Virus record (IMG/VR): IMGVR_UViG_3300028800_000001
Coordinates: 263,296-327,295 of that record
DNA: 64,000 nt
Strand: one strand, 5' to 3'
Source: a virus
Positions 57,880 through 64,000 of the stretch are shown piece after piece. Under the pieces are notes generated by a model. That model was given only the letters and a program-made list of their open reading frames with translations, was not told where the DNA came from and did no database searches. Position numbers and translations under genes: made by a program. Within the stretch, counting starts at the first letter, position 1. Each line of letters begins with the position of its first letter.

Positions 57880-60400
57880 CACATCTTTTTCTGGTGTGCG
57901 CCCCGTGTGAATCAAATCAGGAACGCTTCAAACCGCTTGTATGAAGAGATATGTAAGATGTTTGAGTAAAAAATCTTGGTTCTTTCGAAATGACCGTACG
58001 AACGAGTCTTTGCGCTTTTCAAGCAAGGCGTGTGAACAAGAATGACAGTTTTTCAAGGTAGAAGTATGAGTCAGGTGTGTTCGTTTTTTCAGGAAAGGGA
58101 TGCGAGTCTAATTTACAGCGTGTTCAAAAAAAAAGTGTATGAGTAAGACAGGTCTGATCATTCAAGAAAGGTGTACGAACCGCCCATGAGGTGTTTCAAG
58201 TGGTGCGTGTGAACTATTCCTAGCGTGTTTTTAAAATAGCCGTGTGAACCGAATAAGTTGTTTTCCCAATGAAAGGGTATGAATCGCTCCTGGCGTAGAG
58301 CAAAATTACTGTATGAACGATACATCAAGTTGTTTCAAAAAAGTCGCGTGAGCACACACGCTTTGGTTGAGGCAATACATGAGAGCGAATTTTTGGATAT
58401 GGAGAGGGGTCAAGATAGAGGAATGAGTTATCTTTCACCTGCGCTTTCAGAGAAAGGGTACGAATCAGTTTAATCGTCTTTTCATTTCATGAGCATGAGC
58501 GAACTTTTGTGTAGCGTCAAAATTCTGGTGCGAATTCAATTGCAAAGTTTTTCATACAAGTGGTATGAGTCATTCCACCTGGAGGTTCAATTTAACTGTA
58601 CGAGTCGTTTGGAATGCGGTTTCAAGAACGCTGTACGAGTCAAATCACCGGTTTTTCTATGCGGGATGGTGCGAGTCAATTAATATGTTTATCGTAAACG
58701 ATGTGTATGAACGGAAGGCAACGATTTTTTCAGGATATAGGTTTGAAGCAAGTTCCATGTTTTTCGAAGTAACCGTTTGAGCCATTAAGAGCGTCTCGGC
58801 CAGCGAAAAGGTATGAGCAGCAGGGGCAACGAGTGATCAGGACATAGGTGCGAAACACTACATTGATTGTAGCAAAATACCGGTTTGAATCAATTCGCGG
58901 ATGCAATCATTCTAATGGAGTGAGCAAACTATCAAAGTGGTTTCAATTAGTAGGTGCGATTCTTGTCCTGGGTCGTTTCTCAAGACACGTGAGAGCCAAG
59001 GAAAGTGGAGATCAATTTGTGGAGGCGAACCAATACGACAGTGTTTCATGGTTTACGTCTGAGCAGATATAAGGGATTTCTCATATCATATATACGAAAC
59101 AAGAAGCCAGTTTTCACGATTGACGTTTGAGTAAGAATTATTGTTTCTTCATAATGTACGTACGATTCATCTATCTAGTGTGTCAAAATTCAAGTAAGAG
59201 TCAGCAAGCCAGTTTTCACGGTTAACGTTTGAGTAAGGTGAAAGTTTTTTTCATAGCACAGGTACGAAACGAGAAGCCAGTCTCTCCATAATTGACGTTT
59301 GAACGCCATTCAGCAGTAATGCAGATGTGAGCCATGCTCCAGATACTTTTCATAAAGGGAGAGCGAGTCAATTGTATGTCGCTGCAATACATTGTTGTGA
59401 ATGAATGTAAGACGTACCTTCAAAGCGAGCGTATGAGTAAAAGGTTCAGTTGTCTCAAACTATGAGTACGAATGGATGGAATACGTGGCGCACCAAATTA
59501 AGCGTATGAGCAAAACGGTAAGGTTACTTCAGGATGAGTGAGCGAGTTCGAATAAGGGTAAGACTCAGTTTGTAGGTACGATCCAGGTTCCATGTAGACG
59601 CAAATAAGGGAGAGAGCCACTAAAAAGGTATGATCATCTAAGGGGAACGATCCATGTTAGCTGTCCGGTCACTGATCTGGTGTGAATAAACGCGGCTTGT
59701 TTTGAACAAATAGAAGGTATGAACTATTAGCGATGTATACTTCTTAGAAGGAGATTGAGTTCTTTACGATGTGCTTTCAGATTATTGGTACGAATTATTG
59801 GCGAAGTCTTTTCATAAAAGCCGAATGAGCAAGCAATGCTGTTTTTCAAATTGCTGGTGTGAGCAGATAGCTTTAGTTTTTCATAATCGGCGTGTGAGTC
59901 TTATAATGAGTCTGTTTGTACATGGTGCACGAGCCAACCATTCTGTAGAACAAAAAGGTGACGCGAATCATTTCTAAGGCGAGTTCAAGTATAATGTGTG
60001 AGTCGCAATGAGAAGTGCAGACAAATTGCATGTACGAATTGCAAAAGGTGTATACACAAGAGAATCGTGTGAGTCAGGAATTGTGTTTTTTCAAGTTGTA
60101 GCTACGAGTTATGATAAAAGTGTCTTTCAACTAAGCAGTGCGAACACAGGATAATTGTAGTGTAAGAAACTGGTGTGATCCTTGATAGTAGTCTTTTTAT
60201 TCAACTAGCGAGAAGCAAGAAAAGCCGTCTCCATCAATAAAGAAGTTTGAACGAAGCATGATGTTTCTTTCATGTAGGTAAGTGAATCAGTCGCTATGTG
60301 TTTCAAAATAAATGTATGAGTCCAGCGAGCTGTCGTATCAGATGTTGTCTACGAAACAACAATTATGTTATTACAAAATCCTTGTTTGAACCGAAAGGAG
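57880..60400 (+). repeat. main body of the degenerate tandem-repeat field (about 2.5 kb, several dozen ~30-45-bp units; consensus GTTTTTCAA-N5-9-GGTGTGAGTCA)
   Basis: Continuous run of units such as tttttcaaggtagaagtatgagtcagg; gttttttcaggaaagggatgcgagtc; gtgtttcaagtggtgcgtgtgaact; gtttttcaaattgctggtgtgagcag; gtttttcataatcggcgtgtgagtc; gtttcaaaataaatgtatgagtcc. No ORF above 75 codons. Confidence 0.65.
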
Positions 60401-60406
60401 TTCGTA

Positions 60407-61326
60407 TGGTTGCATCCTATGCTCCAGAGCAACTGGAGAAAAGTGCGAGAAATTTACTGGCGTGCGCCAAGTGGATGCTTGCCGAAAAGCAGGCGCGGCT
60501 GAAGGAAAACCGTCCGGCCATGAAAGAGGCGGAAATTGACAAGAATACCCGCGAGCTTTTTGGCACCAATTGGGGCTCTGCCTATAATGCGCTCAAGATC
60601 TTAGAGAAACTTGGCGAAGAGTACATTGAAAAGGCCATCAAGCGGGGCATTGCTTTCAGTGCGTTGTATGCCTTTACTCATGAGGATGATCCGCAGTATG
60701 CTTATGACCTTGTGACAGAAGCTCTTGCTCGCGAAGAGATTGTCGGTCGCCCAAGTCACGATAAGCTTTTTGATTATCTCAAAAAGCTTCCTAAAGAAAT
60801 GAAAGCGCGGCCACCGGTAGAAGAGCGGGAGCCAGAAAATACACAGACAGAGGAAACCGAAAGCGCAGATCTTTCCGCACTCGATAGTCTCTTGAGCCCC
60901 TATCAGACGCGTCAAAAGCCCTACGTAAAGCCACAACACGGTCTGGTCATCATGAAGACACCAGCGCACCTGCCTATTTCTCGTGGACGGCGCGCCGTCA
61001 TTGATAGCCGCAATGAGCTGACCGAAGAGTCGCTTGCCCATATGAAGATCTACCTTGTGGCGCAAGCCAGCAACGGGAGAGTCTACGTTTCACGGCACTG
61101 GTCCTGGCTTACGATGGAACATTTTGCGCGTGAGAATAAGAAGAACGTCAACAAAGAAGAGTATATCAATAAGCGCTGCAAAGAGATGCGCGCTGCCCTT
61201 GAAGTCGATTTTAAAAAGCGAGGACTCTATCTGGTCTTTTCCGAAGAAGTACTTTCTGCGGCCCGTGACCACATCGTCCAGTTCCTCCGCAAAAAACATT
61301 ATATGGTAGGAGAGTACAAAGAATGA
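60407..61326 (+). CDS. hypothetical protein (start adjusted to MVASYAPEQ after RBS AAAGGAG, 306 aa)
   Basis: ORF track. The upstream extension to 60298 lies in the repeat field. Confidence 0.45.
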
Positions 61327-61520
61327 AAGATGAACTAAAAATAGAGACCTGGAGTATGGAAGATTTAAGTGCCCAGGTGACAATTTCGCCAGAGCTCTTT
61401 TCTGAAGAGATTGATGTCATCCAGGTGAAACGTGGCGAGAAAAGCGTCCTCGCCATTGTTCCTTGGGAGCTTTTTATGGAGATGTTGAGAAAACTGACGC
61501 TAGAAAAAATGGAGGAGTAG
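61323..61520 (+). CDS. hypothetical small protein (65 aa)
   Basis: ORF track. 4-nt overlap. Confidence 0.35.
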   Translation: MKDELKIETWSMEDLSAQVTISPELFSEEIDVIQVKRGEKSVLAIVPWELFMEMLRKLTLEKMEE

Positions 61521-61539
61521 CGTAATGCTACTCCCTCAG

Positions 61540-61824
61540 CTATACCGCAAAAAACAATACAATAAAAAGTACCATGACCAGGATCGCAAGGGGATCTGGC
61601 AGGTGTAATTTGGCGTTCCAGAATAAAATCCCAGGAACAGAAGTCCAGCGGCCCCGATTGGGTGCAAACGCCATGAACAAGCATAAAATGACGCCAATAA
61701 CTGCGAGTGTCTTCATTGTTTTCCTTTCTTTAAATGTGGCAATCCACGCCAACCAGAAGGCAATTTTGATTAGCTTGAAAGAGGGCTTTGATTTCTTGCT
61801 GCCATGCGTACCTATCCTTCTCAT
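61540..61824 (-). CDS. small membrane protein (94 aa)
   Basis: Two TM segments: FWLAWIATF and LAVIGVILCLFMAF/LVMVLFIVLFFAV. Confidence 0.35.
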   Translation of the reverse strand: MRRIGTHGSKKSKPSFKLIKIAFWLAWIATFKERKTMKTLAVIGVILCLFMAFAPNRGRWTSVPGILFWNAKLHLPDPLAILVMVLFIVLFFAV

Positions 61825-62263
61825 TGGTGGTCATACCCCACCAACCAGCCTCAGCGCGCTGGTGCCACGTACCATTAGGGGTGACAACCGCAAAACATTG
61901 GAAGTCTCCCTGAACTTCTGAGACGGGAAATGCGTTCCGTAGTTTCCCGTCATCGTTGATCTCAAATTCGATCATACTCCAATAATCCCACTGAGACTGT
62001 GGGTTGTAGGTACTCAGCTCGAAGAGTCCCAGGCCGTCCACGCCACCATCATTATTGCTCCACTCTTCCATATGCAGAGCAAGTTCGTCTAGAGCGTGCG
62101 TCTTATAATGATCTGCCATACGGTCAACATCTTCTTGGGTTTTATACTTTTTGTACGGCTCAACATCCATGTTTTCGTTGTAGGGAGCCAGCAACGCGGA
62201 TACGGCTGCTTGTACATCGGTAGAATCCTGCGGCACCAGGACAACGGTAAAAAAGTGGGTCAT
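61730..62263 (-). CDS. hypothetical protein (177 aa)
   Basis: ORF track. Confidence 0.4.
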   Translation of the reverse strand: MTHFFTVVLVPQDSTDVQAAVSALLAPYNENMDVEPYKKYKTQEDVDRMADHYKTHALDELALHMEEWSNNDGGVDGLGLFELSTYNPQSQWDYWSMIEFEINDDGKLRNAFPVSEVQGDFQCFAVVTPNGTWHQRAEAGWWGMTTNEKDRYAWQQEIKALFQANQNCLLVGVDCHI

Positions 62264-62820
62264 TCGCTCTCTCCTTCGGATGGTTCTTCTTCGGCTGCTT
62301 CTTGTTCTTCTTCGTCCATATAGAGCGCAACCGGTGCATACGTACGAAATCTTTCTAAAAGGGCTTGATCAAGATATCTTTCCAATTGCTCAACAACGAA
62401 CTTACTCTTTGAATAATGCCAGAACGGGTAATACTCTTTGAAAGGATGCCCGTCTTTGAGCATATCCGCATGCACGACATTTTGTATTGTCCAGAAGAAA
62501 TCGCCATCGCCCTCATGGGCACACTGCTTGAGTGTTTTGCCGTCAATTTGCGCAAACATGTAATCGGCAAGCGGGGTGATCATAGCATCTAAAACGCGCT
62601 GGCGTGCTTCGAGTACAGCGCGCTGACTGAGTACTGCCTCTGCTAGTTCCAATGCCTCTTTGGGCGTCCAGTATTGATTGCCATCGCGTACTGTAAAAGG
62701 GATATCTTCAAAGCAATAATCGATGGCCTGTTGCGTGATCAGGCCGTTCTCGTTCAGAAGAACGGCCCTGTCATGTGTTAACTTGATTACGTCAACGTTT
62801 TGACGCTTGTGATGTTTCAT
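62260..62820 (-). CDS. hypothetical protein with acidic C-terminal tail, tandem paralogue of 62820..63341 (186 aa)
   Basis: MKHHKRQNVDVIKLTHDRAVLLNENGLI ... EEEQEAAEEEPSEGESE versus MKHHEKEDLDILMHIGRRGIFFNEYGAL ... GDEEEAATEEE. Confidence 0.4.
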   Translation of the reverse strand: MKHHKRQNVDVIKLTHDRAVLLNENGLITQQAIDYCFEDIPFTVRDGNQYWTPKEALELAEAVLSQRAVLEARQRVLDAMITPLADYMFAQIDGKTLKQCAHEGDGDFFWTIQNVVHADMLKDGHPFKEYYPFWHYSKSKFVVEQLERYLDQALLERFRTYAPVALYMDEEEQEAAEEEPSEGESE

Positions 62821-63341
62821 TATTCCTCCTCGGTGGCTGCTTCTTCCTCATCGCCTGTGATATACATCGTTTCATTTTGATGCAGACGCATGTAGAGAAG
62901 TTCATAGAACAAATCCTCTAGTTGATCTTTGGTAAAGCACGTTGCCATCTTTGCTTTCCAGTACGGTTGAAAGAATGCATGCTCCCAGAACTTTTCTTTG
63001 AGGAGTACGTGGTGCGCTTCGTAGGCAAGCGCACCCCAATCGTAATGGAGCTTCTCAATTGTTTCTGTTCCAAGCAGTTCGATGACTTTCTCAACGACAG
63101 GGACAAGGAGTGCCTCAAGCGCTGTTTGCTGTGCTTGCAACTGTTCTTTGCGCGCCATCACCGCTTCTGCAAACTGGATGCACTCATTTGGCATCCAGTA
63201 TTGGAGCGGCTCGTATTCAAGCGCATGCGGCTCACAGTTATCCTCTTTTTGAAAAAGAAGCGCGCCATATTCATTGAAGAATATGCCACGCCTTCCTATG
63301 TGCATCAGGATATCAAGATCCTCTTTCTCGTGATGTTTCAT
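62820..63341 (-). CDS. hypothetical protein, tandem paralogue (173 aa)
   Basis: See 62260..62820. Confidence 0.4.
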   Translation of the reverse strand: MKHHEKEDLDILMHIGRRGIFFNEYGALLFQKEDNCEPHALEYEPLQYWMPNECIQFAEAVMARKEQLQAQQTALEALLVPVVEKVIELLGTETIEKLHYDWGALAYEAHHVLLKEKFWEHAFFQPYWKAKMATCFTKDQLEDLFYELLYMRLHQNETMYITGDEEEAATEEE

Positions 63342-63946
63342 TTTTTTCCTTTTTGTTGTGCTTCAACCAGGGCGACCATGCGCTCTAGCTGAAGATAGCC
63401 ATCCTGGCCGTAGTCATAGTCGTGGCAATGATCATCCTCTTCGGTGTGATCGCGCTCTTTGAACCAATCTTCAAGTTTTCCCTCAACAGAGACGGTTCTA
63501 TCAAACGTCTGCTTTGCAGCCCACTCCAAGAGTTCTTCTTTGGTCACCTCTACGGTGATGTAGCTGGAACATTGTTCGGCCTCGCAACCGGTTGAAATTT
63601 CAAACTCAAAGGGACCATCGTCTTCATCTGCCACCGCGTCTTCGTGTACAACAGGTGCTTCTTGTTGCTGTGCATTGAGAAGGACGGCAAGAACTTCATT
63701 CATCGCTATACGTTCGTCATCGCTAAAACTGTAGGTATAGGTTTCAACATCAAGCATGTCTTCGTGCTCATGCACGCGGGTAAAGTAGGCGCAAAATTCG
63801 TGTGCGATCTGATCTGCGCTTTGCACTGGATGTTCTTTTACCCAATCCAACAAATCCGTCTTAGTAAGGCTGGCGTGCACAAGGCGATGATCTTTTTGCT
63901 CCCAACTGTAGTTGCTATGAAACTTTCCATTGGCATGAAAGTACAC
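63338..63946 (-). CDS. hypothetical acidic protein (202 aa)
   Basis: ORF track. Confidence 0.4.
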   Translation of the reverse strand: MYFHANGKFHSNYSWEQKDHRLVHASLTKTDLLDWVKEHPVQSADQIAHEFCAYFTRVHEHEDMLDVETYTYSFSDDERIAMNEVLAVLLNAQQQEAPVVHEDAVADEDDGPFEFEISTGCEAEQCSSYITVEVTKEELLEWAAKQTFDRTVSVEGKLEDWFKERDHTEEDDHCHDYDYGQDGYLQLERMVALVEAQQKGKK

Positions 63947-64000
63947 GTCGTACGTGTAGTTGAGATCATAATTAGGTACAACAAAATCAGGATCAAGCGC

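Noticed and set aside
57880-60400. Possible CRISPR array suggested by the dense short repeats
   Set aside because: Repeat units are degenerate, of variable length (about 30-45 bp) and not separated by unique spacers of uniform size. There are no identical direct repeats and no cas genes nearby.
56640-60400. DnaA-box cluster (TGTGAATAA-like) as the explanation for the repeat field
   Set aside because: Only a minority of units approach TTATNCACA within one mismatch. The conserved TTTTTCAA box is not part of DnaA boxes. Kept only as a weak possibility within the origin hypothesis.
1-64000. tRNA or rRNA genes
   Set aside because: No stretch with cloverleaf-compatible pairing plus a GTTCGAAT-type T-loop was found. 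The GGGGGTCGAAAT at about 46830 lacks the complementary CCCCC arm and acceptor stem. No rRNA-like conserved blocks were seen.

Overview
This 64 kb window is dense with mostly minus-strand protein-coding genes and looks like part of a large tailed-phage or prophage genome. Phage hallmarks are a tail-fibre module with an SGNH esterase (2.9-5.8 kb), an Amidase_2 endolysin with a small 2-TM gene beside it (47.4-48.7 kb), and many small ORFs of unknown function. No rRNA, tRNA or CRISPR array was seen.

The most interesting contents are:
- A duplicated module of ParB-like N-domain proteins (x3) paired with 2OG-Fe(II) dioxygenases (x2, HxD...H...RxS). It sits beside a truncated DPPY DNA methyltransferase, a P-loop kinase, a GNAT, an FAD oxidoreductase and an unknown 301-aa protein (15.4-23.2 kb). 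This is a candidate DNA base-hypermodification system.
- An SF2 DExH helicase whose motif II (DEC|HH) is split by a 305-aa intein. The intein middle carries an out-of-frame, fully open nested gene for a DUF559/Vsr-like endonuclease, so the region is dual-coding.
- A multi-copy family with a KYNPxHxxxGxF leader and a 'GRFKSQFETG...RPIYGYLS...GDSL...YPEAQxHGG...GIPY' module. There are 5 genes carrying 6 modules in total; one 1019-aa protein carries two. Four members are each paired with a small ~70-90 aa partner protein (4 copies).
- A roughly 3.7 kb noncoding field of degenerate ~30-45 bp tandem repeats (consensus GTTTTTCAA-N-GGTGTGAGTCA) at 56.6-60.4 kb. It surrounds a gene for a protein with only the HhH/Transposase_20-like half of an IS110-type transposase.
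- A roughly 280 nt promoter-to-terminator unit with no convincing ORF at 46.70-47.02 kb, a candidate ncRNA.
- Two conserved promoter architectures: an AT-rich AATTAATT bipartite promoter/leader (5 copies), and a TTCTGAAAATACA element upstream of the -35 of minus-strand sigma70-type promoters (6 copies).

Other notable genes are a 2H phosphoesterase, a secreted S53 peptidase, an SPFH protein, a MazG, an FtsK/HerA-like ATPase, a Pol-beta nucleotidyltransferase and an HTH regulator with a palindromic operator.

All calls come from reading the sequence and motif memory; no database search was possible.
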